This document shows positions 30,154-39,993 of a stretch of 64,000 nucleotides of DNA, in pieces. Source of the stretch: Thermodesulfobacteriota bacterium (lineage in GTDB: Bacteria; Desulfobacterota_D; UBA1144; Nemesobacterales; Mycalebacteriaceae); contig OZ242184.1 in the NCBI GenBank assembly GCA_965205855.1, positions 1,088,001-1,152,000 of the forward strand, given 5' to 3'. The position numbers and the translations under genes were made by a program. The notes beneath the pieces are model-generated. The model saw only the letters and a list, made by a program, of their open reading frames with translations. It did not search any database and was not told the DNA's origin. Every line of letters begins with the position of its first letter. The stretch's first letter is position 1.

Positions 30154-31431
30154 ATGAAAGTTCTCGTAATCGGCGGTGGCGGAAGAGAAGATGCGCTTTG
30201 CTGGAAAATCGCAAACAGTCCTCTTGTTTCAGAGGTTATATGCGCTCCGGGCAATGCGGGAATCTCAAAGCGTGCGCGTTGTTTTCCCGTCCCGGCGGAC
30301 GATATTGAAGGGCTTACCTCTCTTGCTCTTTCAGAGAAGGCGGACCTCGTGGTTGTGGGGCCGGAAGTTTCTCTTTGTCTGGGCATTGCCGACCGTCTGG
30401 AATCGGACAATATAAAGGTCTTCGGCCCTTCAAAAGCGGCAGCGGAGCTTGAAGGAAGCAAGGTCTTTTCAAAACAATTTATGGTTAGACACTCAATACC
30501 GACCGCGGATTTCGGGGTGTTTGAAAACGTCGGCGGAGCCATGGATGCCCTCGGACAAATGAGGTTTCCCGTTGTAGTAAAGGCGGACGGTTTGGCCGCA
30601 GGTAAAGGGGTTTTAATCTGCCCGACCCGGTGCGATGCGGAAAATGCGTTGTTGTCCGCCATGCGGGACAAGGTATTTGGAAAGTCTGGGGAAAAAATTG
30701 TAATGGAGCAGTTTTTATACGGAACGGAGATGTCATTTTTCGCCATATCAGACGGGAAAACTGCAATGCCTCTTGATCCATCAAGAGACTACAAACGGCT
30801 TCTTGACAACGACAAGGGCCCCAATACCGGCGGCATGGGAAGTTATACTCCCGCACCGGTTGCCTCAGAAGAAGTTTGTGAAATAATTACCACACAAATT
30901 GTAAATCCCGTCATAAAAGGAATGAGGGAAGAGGGAAGGCCTTATAAAGGAGTCTTGTACGCGGGGCTTATGACAAACGGTAAAGACATAAAAGCACTTG
31001 AGTTCAACTGCCGTTTCGGAGACCCCGAAACGCAACCGATGATGATGAGAATGAAATCGGATATTGTTCCTCTCATGGTTGCGGTGGCGGACGGAGCGCT
31101 GGAGAACGAGAGTCCGCCGGAGTGGAGCAGGAAGTCGGCGGTGTGTGTTATAATGGCTTCAAACGGGTATCCGAACGCTTACGCCAAAGGCGTGGAATTG
31201 AGAGGAATCCCCGATGACAGCGGTGATGTTGTAGTTTTCCATTCGGGAACCGCCGTGAAAAACGGAAAAACTGTTACCGCCGGAGGGCGGGTTCTGGGTA
31301 TTACGGCGCTCGGCGACACAACGAAAAAAGCTGCGGAAGAGGCATACAAAATCGCAAGAGAAATTGAGAAAAAAACGGATAGAGAAGCATTGGTTTACAG
31401 AAATGATATAGGGCACCGGGTTGACGGCTGA
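30154..31431 (+). CDS. purD: Phosphoribosylamine--glycine ligase
   Basis: GGGGRE, APGNAG, VVGPE, KADGLAAGKGV, GPNTGGMG, EFNCRFGDPE and GGRVL motifs. Confidence 0.97.
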   Translation: MKVLVIGGGGREDALCWKIANSPLVSEVICAPGNAGISKRARCFPVPADDIEGLTSLALSEKADLVVVGPEVSLCLGIADRLESDNIKVFGPSKAAAELEGSKVFSKQFMVRHSIPTADFGVFENVGGAMDALGQMRFPVVVKADGLAAGKGVLICPTRCDAENALLSAMRDKVFGKSGEKIVMEQFLYGTEMSFFAISDGKTAMPLDPSRDYKRLLDNDKGPNTGGMGSYTPAPVASEEVCEIITTQIVNPVIKGMREEGRPYKGVLYAGLMTNGKDIKALEFNCRFGDPETQPMMMRMKSDIVPLMVAVADGALENESPPEWSRKSAVCVIMASNGYPNAYAKGVELRGIPDDSGDVVVFHSGTAVKNGKTVTAGGRVLGITALGDTTKKAAEEAYKIAREIEKKTDREALVYRNDIGHRVDG

Positions 31432-31454
31432 TTTCAGACTTATGGAGGTTTACT

Positions 31455-31814
31455 ATGGCTGATATTTTTTACTTTTCCGTTGAGGACAAAGAGGCTTCCG
31501 ATGAAAAGTGGATGTTTAAAATTCCCCTTAAAGACTGCTTGTATTTTTTTGACATCAGACCTTGGCAGAGAGAGTGCGGAATTGATGAATTCCCGAACCT
31601 GATCACCGGAGACCCGCTTGTTGATTCTGGCGGTTATGTACACGTTCTGATGAAAATTTCCGAAGATGAAATACAGGAAAGTGGCGAAGGAAGCTATGAA
31701 CCGGGCTGGTATAAAATGAACATGACCATCATAGAGGTTCAATCAATAATTGCCGAAGTCCGTAAAAACAAAGAGAAAAAACAGCCCACGAGTCGGCAAC
31801 GTAAGAAAAAATAG
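31455..31814 (+). CDS. Hypothetical protein (acidic core, basic tail)
   Basis: 119 aa with a strong GGAGGT RBS. No recognised family. Confidence 0.7.
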   Translation: MADIFYFSVEDKEASDEKWMFKIPLKDCLYFFDIRPWQRECGIDEFPNLITGDPLVDSGGYVHVLMKISEDEIQESGEGSYEPGWYKMNMTIIEVQSIIAEVRKNKEKKQPTSRQRKKK

Positions 31815-31821
31815 AATATAT

Positions 31822-31842
31822 AAGGGTCAGGTCTTGACCTTT
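31822..31842. repeat. Hairpin AAGGGTCAG-GTC-TTGACCTTT, probable left end/REP of the RAYT element; also supplies -35 (TTGACC) for TATAAT at 31858
   Basis: Imperfect palindrome 32 nt upstream of the transposase ATG. It resembles, from memory, the GGGTCAGGTCTTG ends seen around this transposase class. Confidence 0.55.
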
Positions 31843-31874
31843 TGGAATTAAAAATTTTATAATCGCCATCAGAA

Positions 31875-32714
31875 ATGGCTCGTCCACTTAGAATAGAGTT
31901 TCCAAACGCCTGTTATTTCGTTACTTCAAAAGGGAACGCAGGCCAACCCATATTCCTCGATTCCGACGACGGAAAACTATGGATACGAACCTTTGAATCC
32001 GTCTGTTTGCGATTCGGTTGGTTGTGCTATGCCTATTGTCTTATGGGAAACCATTACCACATTGTGTTTGAGACTCCAAAACCCAACCTTTCCGAGGGCA
32101 TGAGGCAATTGAACGGTGTTTACACGCAGTCTTTCAACAGAAAAAACAACAGGTCGGGACATCTTTTCATGGGGAGATTCCATTCCGTGGTTTTCCAGAA
32201 AGAAAAGTATTTAAAGCCCCTTGTCAGATATGCGCTTTCAAACCCTGTCAGAAAAGGGTTGATCAAGACCCCAATTCAGTGGAAGTGGAGTAGTTACCGA
32301 GCCTCTTCCGGCAGGGAAGATTGCTCTTTTATGGATTCAAGCGCGCTTGCAGGTATTTTCGGTGGCGTTTCGGGTTTTGAAGATTTCATTTCTAGCGAGC
32401 TGCAAGACGACGTATGGAAAGACCTAAAGCATCAAATCTATCTGGGCGATAACTCTTTCAGAGAAAATGCCGGCAGGTTTGCCACCGGTGGCCATTCAAA
32501 GGAAATCCCCATTATTCAAAGAGCGGGACTGAGGAGCATCGCACGGCTTGTTGACGGAATCGCGAACAGAAACGAGGCTATTTTCAAGGCTTACAAATCT
32601 GGCGCTTTCTCAATGAAGGAAATATCGGACCATTTCAAGATTCATTACTCAACCGTAAGCAGAATAGTAAGAGAACATGAAAACTCCTTTGTTAAATTCC
32701 GCCAAACCGGATAG
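31875..32714 (+). mobile_element. REP-associated tyrosine transposase (Y1/HUH, IS200-like) with C-terminal HTH
   Basis: MARPLRIEFP, AYCLMGNHYH (HUH), FNR...RSGHLF.GRF, RY...NPVR (catalytic Tyr), W.WSSY and C-terminal MKEISDHFKIHYSTVSR HTH. The ORF is intact. Confidence 0.9.
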
Positions 32715-32742
32715 TTACCGGAGTTACGGCTTTCAGTCTTAG

Positions 32743-33405
32743 CTATTGCTGGCGTTTGCGCTTGCGCCTCAAAACTTCAATCCTTTCGCATTCATTCAAA
32801 ATCAGGACAAAAAGCAGTATGAAAGCAACCATGTTCACTATCAATGTATTCATCATTTCAGGCCCTATGCCGCCCCCGTCCGAACCGAAAACAACCGGGG
32901 AGATGTCTCTCTTTACCACTCGCGCCGAGATATAAACCCAGGGTAAGTCCAGAAAAGCAAGGCACGAGAACACCGCCGCGAGCACGGAGCTTTTTTCGGT
33001 TTCGGGCAAGGTTCTTCTGAGAAGAATATAAGCGGAATAAAGCATAAGCAGCACAAAAGTGGCTTGCAGTTGAGCGTCCCACCAGACCCACCAAGTTCCC
33101 CACGACTGTTTTGCCCAAATTGCTCCCGTAAGGATTGTTATAAGCGTAAAAACAACCCCCACCTCGGCGGATGAGGCCGCGCGAATATCCCACTTTGGAT
33201 TTCTTCCGCGCAAAAATACGATACTGGATACAAACACCGTGACAAAAGCCACGGTCAGGGCGGCAACGGACCCCATATGAAAATAGAAAATCCTCTGAGC
33301 GTGCCCCATTCTTATCTCGGTCGGGGCGTAGAAGATTGACATCCAGAATGCCGCCACGACAAAGACCGCAGTCAGCACAAAAACGGTTTTTCTTAAAGCG
33401 CTCAA
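32743..33405 (-). CDS. ccmC: Heme exporter / cytochrome c maturation protein C
   Basis: RIFYFH and the TGAIWAKQSWGTWWVWWD tryptophan-rich motif. Confidence 0.9.
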   Translation of the reverse strand: MSALRKTVFVLTAVFVVAAFWMSIFYAPTEIRMGHAQRIFYFHMGSVAALTVAFVTVFVSSIVFLRGRNPKWDIRAASSAEVGVVFTLITILTGAIWAKQSWGTWWVWWDAQLQATFVLLMLYSAYILLRRTLPETEKSSVLAAVFSCLAFLDLPWVYISARVVKRDISPVVFGSDGGGIGPEMMNTLIVNMVAFILLFVLILNECERIEVLRRKRKRQQ

Positions 33406-33414
33406 TCTTTCCTC

Positions 33415-34089
33415 CTAAATCTCGTCAATGATATATCCGTAAATAAGCGTTCCGGCCGATATAAAAGCCAAATCAAAACTGATGAGAAGTTTCAAGTGCC
33501 GGGCAAAGTCCTGTTCAACACCCTCCACTCCCAGAGCAACCGAAGATGCCTGAGACGCGCTTATGAGAACCGGAATCAGAAGCGGAAACAACAGAACGGG
33601 GAAAATGACTCCCTTCATATCCGTCTGCGCCGACAGAGCGGAAAGGATCGTTCCCACCGCAGCGACTCCGACAGTTCCCGCAAACACAACCGCGAAAAAA
33701 GGAACGGCCGCAGAGAATATGTCAATTCGGAAAAAAAGCGAAAAAACCGGAATAAAAACTGCCTCAACCGCGAAAAGCAACAGCAGGTTGGCAAGCATCT
33801 TTCCTATAAAAACCTCACCTCTGCCAACTGGCGACATAAGAATTGAGCGCAGGGCCCGGGATTTTCTCTCAACTTCAAATGAGCGCTCAAATGCCACAGT
33901 GGACGCAAACAGGACGGAAATCCAAAACACTGAGGGCGCCGCAGAAACAGCGGCGGCGGAAGGAAAGACACCGGCAAAATGGAAAACGGACGCGCAGACA
34001 ACCGCAAAAGCCGAAACAGCCGGGAAAATTCCTCCGCCCGCCGTCTCAATGGAAATATCCTTGCGCAGAATTGTCAGAATGTGCCTCAT
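33415..34089 (-). CDS. ccmB: Heme exporter permease B
   Basis: KD..IE, RSF..E, GK.LAN and P.LLFPL.IPVLI motifs. Lies between ccmA and ccmC. Confidence 0.88.
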   Translation of the reverse strand: MRHILTILRKDISIETAGGGIFPAVSAFAVVCASVFHFAGVFPSAAAVSAAPSVFWISVLFASTVAFERSFEVERKSRALRSILMSPVGRGEVFIGKMLANLLLLFAVEAVFIPVFSLFFRIDIFSAAVPFFAVVFAGTVGVAAVGTILSALSAQTDMKGVIFPVLLFPLLIPVLISASQASSVALGVEGVEQDFARHLKLLISFDLAFISAGTLIYGYIIDEI

Positions 34090-34139
34090 AAAAAACCCTG
34101 ATTACAACTCCAGTATACGGGGCGAAAAGTCCGCTTCCG

Positions 34140-34841
34140 TCATAGTTTCCTCGGAAGCCTGGATTCAATGGGGTCTGGGCTTGCTCCATTTGCGCTTTTA
34201 TAAGAATGTATGCGCCCGTCCGCAAGGAAAACGGTAAAGTCCGATAACGCAACGCCCTCCGCAACAAGGTGCGTGCTAAGTAAAGTCGTTGTTCCCAGTC
34301 GGCTTAAACGCTCAAGGAGTTCCGAAAGAATTGTCGTTCCTTTACGGTCAAGGCCCGAGAAAGGCTCGTCCAGAAGAAGAACTTCGGGATTGTGCAGTAC
34401 GGCGCGCGCTATGGAAACCCGTTTTTTCATTCCGGCGGAAAGAAATCCCGAAGGAGAAAAAGCGGAGGGAATTTCAAAGTTTTCAATCAACTCTCTGGCT
34501 CTGCCACGAGGGTCGGCAACGCTCTGGAGTTCACAGAAAAAACGCAGGTTGTCAAAAGCGCTCAACCCTTCATAAAGACAGTCTTCGTGAGAAACAAAGC
34601 CAATCTTGCCTCTCACTTTTTCGGGTAGCAATACCGGGTCAAACCCCGCGACGGCCACTCTGCCAGAGCTAGGCTTTGCAAGAGCGGAAGCGATTTTCAA
34701 CAATGAGGTTTTCCCCGAACCATTTTCACCGAAAAGAGAAACGGTTTTACCCTTCTCCACTTGAAGGTTCAGATCGCGGAGAACCCTGCGCCCGCCATGG
34801 CTCTTGGCAACCTTTTCCATCTCTATCGCGTATCTTGACAT
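34140..34841 (-). CDS. ccmA: Heme exporter ABC ATPase A
   Basis: GENGSGKTS, LSAGMKKR and LLLDEPFSGLD. Start taken at MSRYAIEM (34841), because the track ORF to 35210 overlaps a divergent gene. Confidence 0.88.
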   Translation of the reverse strand: MSRYAIEMEKVAKSHGGRRVLRDLNLQVEKGKTVSLFGENGSGKTSLLKIASALAKPSSGRVAVAGFDPVLLPEKVRGKIGFVSHEDCLYEGLSAFDNLRFFCELQSVADPRGRARELIENFEIPSAFSPSGFLSAGMKKRVSIARAVLHNPEVLLLDEPFSGLDRKGTTILSELLERLSRLGTTTLLSTHLVAEGVALSDFTVFLADGRIHSYKSANGASPDPIESRLPRKL

Positions 34842-34961
34842 ATGATATCCCGGACTGTTCCAGAATATATGAGACGGCAGATACGGGCAAGAAAGGCGCA
34901 AAGAATCAGGCAATTTGTTCATGGTGAAACAGCCTCTTTGCAAATAGGAGGCGGGAAACCG

Positions 34962-34990
34962 TTGACAATTTCCCTTCAAACTTCTACCTT
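34962..34990 (+). promoter_or_regulatory. Sigma70 promoter TTGACA-N17-TACCTT
   Basis: Consensus -35 and spacing, followed by a GGAGG RBS and ATG 35011. Confidence 0.6.
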
Positions 34991-35010
34991 CTAATCGGAG
35001 GTCTGTACTC

Positions 35011-36006
35011 ATGGCGGTTTTAATAACAGGGGCAACAGGATTTATCGGATCCAATATAGCGCGTAAACTCAGGGAAAAGGAAAGAGAAGTTCGCGTCCTT
35101 GTGCGTCCGACAAGCAAAACGGAAAACATTGACAGGCTTGGCGTTATAAAAATTAACGGTGACATAACCAACTTTGATTCGGTGCTCGGCGCGCTTGACG
35201 AATGCGACACTCTTTATCACTGTGCGGGGTTTGTTTCGTTCAGAAAAAAAGATTACGAAAAAATGTACGAAATAAATGTCGAGGGGGCGAAGAATGTTCT
35301 CTCTGCCGCCCTTGAGGCGGGAGTCGGCAAGGTTGTCTTCACAAGCAGTGTGGCGGCTCTCGGCCCCGCGCCCGAAGGAGAGTTGATAAACGAAGAAACG
35401 GTTCCGGATCCCGATTTCCGCACAGCAGACATAGGGTATATGAACGTAAAGCGCGCCGCGGAAGCCGCCGCGTTTGATTTCTGCGACAAGGGGCTCAATG
35501 TTGTGATAACCAACCCGTCCGTTGTTGTCGGCGCGGGGGATGTTCATCTTTCCAGTGTCGGGTCGGTTCTGTGGTACTGCAAGAGGAGATTTCCAGGATA
35601 CATGGACGGAACCCTTAATCTCACCGATGTTGAGGATGTTGCGTTGGGACACATCCTCGCCGAGGAAAAAGGCAAAACGGGAGAACGTTACATCCTGAGT
35701 AATAAAAACCTGACGGTGATGGAATATTTCTCGTTGCTTGAAAAAATAACGGGAATTGTCGCGCCGAAGCTTAAAATCCCTTATCAAGTGGCATATCTGT
35801 CCGCATTTTTAGCGGAGCGGGTTCTTGGCTTCGCGTTTCCAAACTATTCAACAATGGACTTGGATTCGGTAAAACTTTCACGTTACAACTGGCATGTTGA
35901 CTGCTCCAAAGCGGAGCGCGAACTCGGATACAAAAGAAGTCCCATAGAGGAAAGTTTAAAAAAAACCGTTGAGTGGTTCAAATCCGAAGGGTTGCTCGAA
36001 CGATAG
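35011..36006 (+). CDS. Extended SDR NAD-dependent epimerase/dehydratase (HpnA/DFR-like)
   Basis: [21 protein letters not shown], YxxxK (YMNVK), DVEDVA.GHILA.EKG..GERYIL and KAERELGY. Confidence 0.85.
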   Translation: MAVLITGATGFIGSNIARKLREKEREVRVLVRPTSKTENIDRLGVIKINGDITNFDSVLGALDECDTLYHCAGFVSFRKKDYEKMYEINVEGAKNVLSAALEAGVGKVVFTSSVAALGPAPEGELINEETVPDPDFRTADIGYMNVKRAAEAAAFDFCDKGLNVVITNPSVVVGAGDVHLSSVGSVLWYCKRRFPGYMDGTLNLTDVEDVALGHILAEEKGKTGERYILSNKNLTVMEYFSLLEKITGIVAPKLKIPYQVAYLSAFLAERVLGFAFPNYSTMDLDSVKLSRYNWHVDCSKAERELGYKRSPIEESLKKTVEWFKSEGLLER

Positions 36007-36076
36007 GGTTCGGAAAGGGGAAAGTCTCGAACCGCAGAACGGACTTGCAAGTTTCAAATTAAGGTATCATATCCAA

Positions 36077-37147
36077 ATGCCCGGAAACACATTCGGAAGA
36101 TTTTTCAGAATAACAACATGGGGAGAATCCCATGGCGAGGCGGTCGGTGTCGTACTGGACGGGTGTCCGGCGGGGCTTAAACTTACCGAAACAGATATCC
36201 AAACCGAACTTGACCGCCGCCGTCCGGGGCAGAGCAAGGTTACAACACAGCGAAAAGAGGCAGACAAGGTTGAAATACTGTCGGGAGTTTTCAAAAACAA
36301 AACCCTCGGCTCTCCTATATCAATGCTTGTTCGCAATACCGATGTTATTTCCTCATCTTACGAAAAAATAAAAGACATATACCGTCCCGGACATGCGGAT
36401 CTTACCTACGATAAAAAATACGGGTTCAGGGATTATAGGGGCGGAGGCAGGGCTTCCGCGCGCGAAACGGTTGGTCGTGTCGCGGCCGGAGCGGTCGCGA
36501 AGAAAATACTTAAAAAATACGGAGCGCAAACGCGCGGATTTGTCAGAAGTGTCGGACACATAGTCGCGGAGAAAGTGAACTTCAGCCAGATAGAGAAAAA
36601 CCCCGTGCGGTGCCCCGATTCCAAAAAAGCTCAAGAGATGTTTGACCTTATAGATTCGGTCAGAAGGCAGGGAGATTCCATCGGCGGAACGGTTGAAGTC
36701 GTAACAAAAGGATTGCCTGCCGGCCTCGGAGACCCGGTATTCCACAAACTTGATGCCGACCTCGCATCCGCTCTTATGAGCATCGGGGGAATAAGGGGTT
36801 TTGAGGTTGGCATGGGCTTCGAGGTAACAAGAAAAAAAGGCTCACAAGCCAACGATTTAATGGTAAACCGCGGCGACAACTCTACAGGCTTCAAAACAAA
36901 CAACGCGGGCGGTATACTCGGCGGCATCACAAACGGAGAAGACCTTGTTGTGAGAATAGCCGTAAAACCGACATCCTCAATATCCAAAACTCAGAAAACC
37001 GTTGACAAAAAAGGCTCCATGCGAGATTTGATTGTCAGAGGCAGGCACGACCCCTGTCTCTGCCCGAGAGCGGTTCCAATCGCCGAAGCGATGGTCAATC
37101 TGGTGCTGGCCGACCATATTCTCATACATAAGGGGTCAAGAATCTGA
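36077..37147 (+). CDS. aroC: Chorismate synthase
   Basis: [47 protein letters not shown] and GRHDPC motifs. Confidence 0.97.
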   Translation: MPGNTFGRFFRITTWGESHGEAVGVVLDGCPAGLKLTETDIQTELDRRRPGQSKVTTQRKEADKVEILSGVFKNKTLGSPISMLVRNTDVISSSYEKIKDIYRPGHADLTYDKKYGFRDYRGGGRASARETVGRVAAGAVAKKILKKYGAQTRGFVRSVGHIVAEKVNFSQIEKNPVRCPDSKKAQEMFDLIDSVRRQGDSIGGTVEVVTKGLPAGLGDPVFHKLDADLASALMSIGGIRGFEVGMGFEVTRKKGSQANDLMVNRGDNSTGFKTNNAGGILGGITNGEDLVVRIAVKPTSSISKTQKTVDKKGSMRDLIVRGRHDPCLCPRAVPIAEAMVNLVLADHILIHKGSRI

Positions 37148-37494
37148 TGGCGCGGAATTTCGGAGTTTACGCCGCGGGAAAGCGCGTCTACAGCGGCGAT
37201 TTTAGCGAAGTCCCCGAACCGTACAGAAAAGAGCTGATTGAAGCAATCGACCAATGGGGAAGCATAATGGTGGGCTGGGGTCTTAACGAACTGATTTACT
37301 CTTTCATGTGTTGGCATAATGAGACGGTTTTTAACTGCGCGGAGTGCGGTTTTTCCTCCGGCGTCTCAAAACGGTGCGAAGATTGCTGCAAACTGCTTGA
37401 ACCAAAACCGAAATACGAAAGAAGTGAAAAAATTTCGCGGCTTCTTATGTGTGTGGGGTCCATAAACAGAGTGGTAGTTGAGGAGAGGGCATGA
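37147..37494 (+). CDS. Hypothetical zinc-ribbon protein (CxxC...CxxC)
   Basis: CAECG...CEDCC. TGATG overlap with the aroC stop. Confidence 0.65.
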   Translation: MARNFGVYAAGKRVYSGDFSEVPEPYRKELIEAIDQWGSIMVGWGLNELIYSFMCWHNETVFNCAECGFSSGVSKRCEDCCKLLEPKPKYERSEKISRLLMCVGSINRVVVEERA

Positions 37495-37793
37495 AAATAG
37501 AAGTCAGAGGCCAGGTTTTTCCATGCGCGCGAGATTCCACTGTCAGGGTAAAAAAAATTTGCGAGAAGCGCAGAAAATTCAACTTGGGTTCCCAAACCCT
37601 GTCCTTTTCAGTTTATGAAGTCGAGATGCCCGAAGGTTGTGAAATATCTGGCAACTACATAACAACCCCTTCGGGAGTTCGCCTTTATCACAACAGAGGC
37701 GGGGAGTACGAACAGGGCTATCTTATATCCGAAGCCGACGAGGGCGTCCTTGCTGTCGGACATTTCGGAAAAAACACTACAACTCGCTCATAA
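37491..37793 (+). CDS. Hypothetical beta-rich protein
   Basis: ATGA overlap with the upstream gene and a GAGGAG RBS. No recognised family. Confidence 0.6.
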   Translation: MKIEVRGQVFPCARDSTVRVKKICEKRRKFNLGSQTLSFSVYEVEMPEGCEISGNYITTPSGVRLYHNRGGEYEQGYLISEADEGVLAVGHFGKNTTTRS

Positions 37794-38916
37794 TCTCTCC
37801 AGCTTTTGCCGTTCCGGCGCCGAAGTCAAATTTGTGTCCGAGTTTTTTCAATGTCTGCTCAACCGCTGAAATTACGGCGATTGTGTCAGACCGGTCTATG
37901 TATCCAATATGGGAAATACGGAAGATTTTTCCTTTTGCTTGATCCTGACCGCCTGCAACTGTTATGCCGAAATCGTCTTTCAGATTTTTAATCACAGGTC
38001 CCGCGCCTATCTCCGGCGGTGCAATGGCAACCGAAAGCGCCGTGCTGGGCTCATCCTTTGTGAACAATTCCATGTTCATCGCTTCAAACGCTTTTCTTGT
38101 GGCGAGAGAAAGAGTTGCGTGTCTTTTGTGCATATTTTCCAAACCTTCCGCGGTGAACATTTTCAGCACTTGTGACAAACCCCTTACGAGGCTTACGGCC
38201 GGAGTCCAGGGGGTTGTGTTTTGAAGAGTGCTTTTCAGAGCCAGTTGAAAATCAAAATAAAATTTTGGAAGATCCGAAGATTCGCGGAATTTCCACGCTT
38301 TTTCACTCATTGCCACAAATGACAGCCCCGGCGGTAACATAAAAGCTTTCTGCGAACCGGCCACAAGCACATCCACGCCAAGTTCGTCAAAAGGAAGTGG
38401 GAACGCTCCAACCGCCGTTATACCGTCCACAATCAGAATCACATCGTCTCTCTCACGCGTAATTGCCGCGATTTCCCGGGTGGGATGTTTGATGCCCGTT
38501 GAGGTTTCGCTCGCCTGCATTAAAACAGCGCGTATGCCTGGGTCTTTTTCCAGCTTCTCGCGTATCAAGCCCGGGTCGACCGCCTGTCCCCATTCCACTC
38601 CTATCTCCTCTGTTTCAACGGAGAAAGCGCGACAGATTTTCCCCCATCTTTCGCCAAACTTTCCCCCGTTAACCACAATCGCCTTGCTGCCACGGCAAAG
38701 AGTGTTTGATACCGCACCCTCCATTGCTCCGGTTCCGGAAGACGCAAGAGTCAGAACCTCCTGAGAGGTTTGAAATATGTATTTCAAATCGTCCCGATTC
38801 TTTTCCATTATCGCCTCAAACTCGGCGGTTCTGTGGTGTATTATGGGCCTTGCCATCTCAATCAGTGCATTATTCGGCACGGGCACCGGACCGGGGGTGA
38901 AAACGTAGTTTTTCAA
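37777..38916 (-). CDS. Class V PLP aminotransferase (alanine/serine-glyoxylate type)
   Basis: TPGPVP, HHRT, SGTGAME, GKFGERW, ETSTG, GSQKAFMLPPGL and FRISHIG. AGGAG RBS with TTG start. Confidence 0.92.
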   Translation of the reverse strand: MKNYVFTPGPVPVPNNALIEMARPIIHHRTAEFEAIMEKNRDDLKYIFQTSQEVLTLASSGTGAMEGAVSNTLCRGSKAIVVNGGKFGERWGKICRAFSVETEEIGVEWGQAVDPGLIREKLEKDPGIRAVLMQASETSTGIKHPTREIAAITRERDDVILIVDGITAVGAFPLPFDELGVDVLVAGSQKAFMLPPGLSFVAMSEKAWKFRESSDLPKFYFDFQLALKSTLQNTTPWTPAVSLVRGLSQVLKMFTAEGLENMHKRHATLSLATRKAFEAMNMELFTKDEPSTALSVAIAPPEIGAGPVIKNLKDDFGITVAGGQDQAKGKIFRISHIGYIDRSDTIAVISAVEQTLKKLGHKFDFGAGTAKAGEIMSEL

Positions 38917-39105
38917 TATTTTCTCCTTATTATTGGGATGTTTTCGGGCAACACACGCACCTTACACAAACAGGCGGGATTTTCAAATCCGCCCCGGACG
39001 CGGCAAAAATACCCCTTTGTTTGCTCTTTGCGGTTGAATCCGCCATTCTCTTACCAACGAATGGCGCGCGGCAGCCTTTCGCATAGATAAGAAAACAGGC
39101 AATGA

Positions 39106-39993
39106 ATGGCTGAAGGAGAAAAATACAGATTTGGCTTCGTACCCGTGGTCGGCGGGACAAATGTGGGCAAGTCCACGCTTGTTAACACCCTTGTCGGTGA
39201 AAAAATCTGCGCTACATCGCCAAAACCCAACACAACACGCAATCGCATAAACGGAATTTTTACCGATTCTGAAGCGCAGATAGTTTTTACCGACACTCCG
39301 GGGATAGTCCGCCCCGTGGGGGAACTGCGAAAAAGAATGGCCGCCGCCTCTCTCGGATGTCTGGAAGGGAGAACAATACTTGCGGTTACAGACGCTTCCA
39401 AACCTTTTGGCAGGGGCGAAGTCAAGGCGATTGAGCAGTCTTCACAACCGGTGATAGTCGCGCTTAACAAAATTGACATTTCAAGTGAAAAGGCGGTGCT
39501 TGAAGCAATTCAGGCTTCAACAAAATTCGGCGGCAAAATATCGGACATTGTCCCCGTTTCCGCGCTTAGGAAAAAAGGCACGGGCCGTTTGCTTCAAGTG
39601 CTCAAAAACGCCCTGCCCGAAGGCGAAAAAATGTTTCCCGAAGGAAACTCCACCGATCAGCCGGAAAAATTTCTCGCCGCCGAATTTGTCAGGGAAAAAA
39701 TATTCCGGCTGACTCACGGGGAAATCCCTTATATGGCTGCGGTTGTTGTCCGTGAGATGCGACCGGGCAAAGGTAAAACCATTTATATCATGGCGGACGT
39801 GCTGCTTGAAAAAGAGACGCACAGAAAGATAGTTATAGGAAGCCGCGGCGGGATGATAAAAAAAATAGGCTCATACGCGCGCAAAGATTTGGAAATTTTT
39901 CTGACAACAAAAGTTTTTCTGGACTTGAATGTGCTTGTCAAACCGGGATGGAGCAAAGACAACCCCTTCCCGGACGGCATATACGGGGTATAG
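39106..39993 (+). CDS. era: GTPase Era
   Basis: G.NVGKSTL, TTR..I.G, DTPG, NKID, EIPY and KH-domain VIG..G.MIKKIG. Confidence 0.93.
   Translation: MAEGEKYRFGFVPVVGGTNVGKSTLVNTLVGEKICATSPKPNTTRNRINGIFTDSEAQIVFTDTPGIVRPVGELRKRMAAASLGCLEGRTILAVTDASKPFGRGEVKAIEQSSQPVIVALNKIDISSEKAVLEAIQASTKFGGKISDIVPVSALRKKGTGRLLQVLKNALPEGEKMFPEGNSTDQPEKFLAAEFVREKIFRLTHGEIPYMAAVVVREMRPGKGKTIYIMADVLLEKETHRKIVIGSRGGMIKKIGSYARKDLEIFLTTKVFLDLNVLVKPGWSKDNPFPDGIYGV

Noticed and set aside
32743-34841. ccmABC without ccmDEFH
   Set aside because: Split ccm loci are common outside gammaproteobacteria, and the remaining genes are probably elsewhere.
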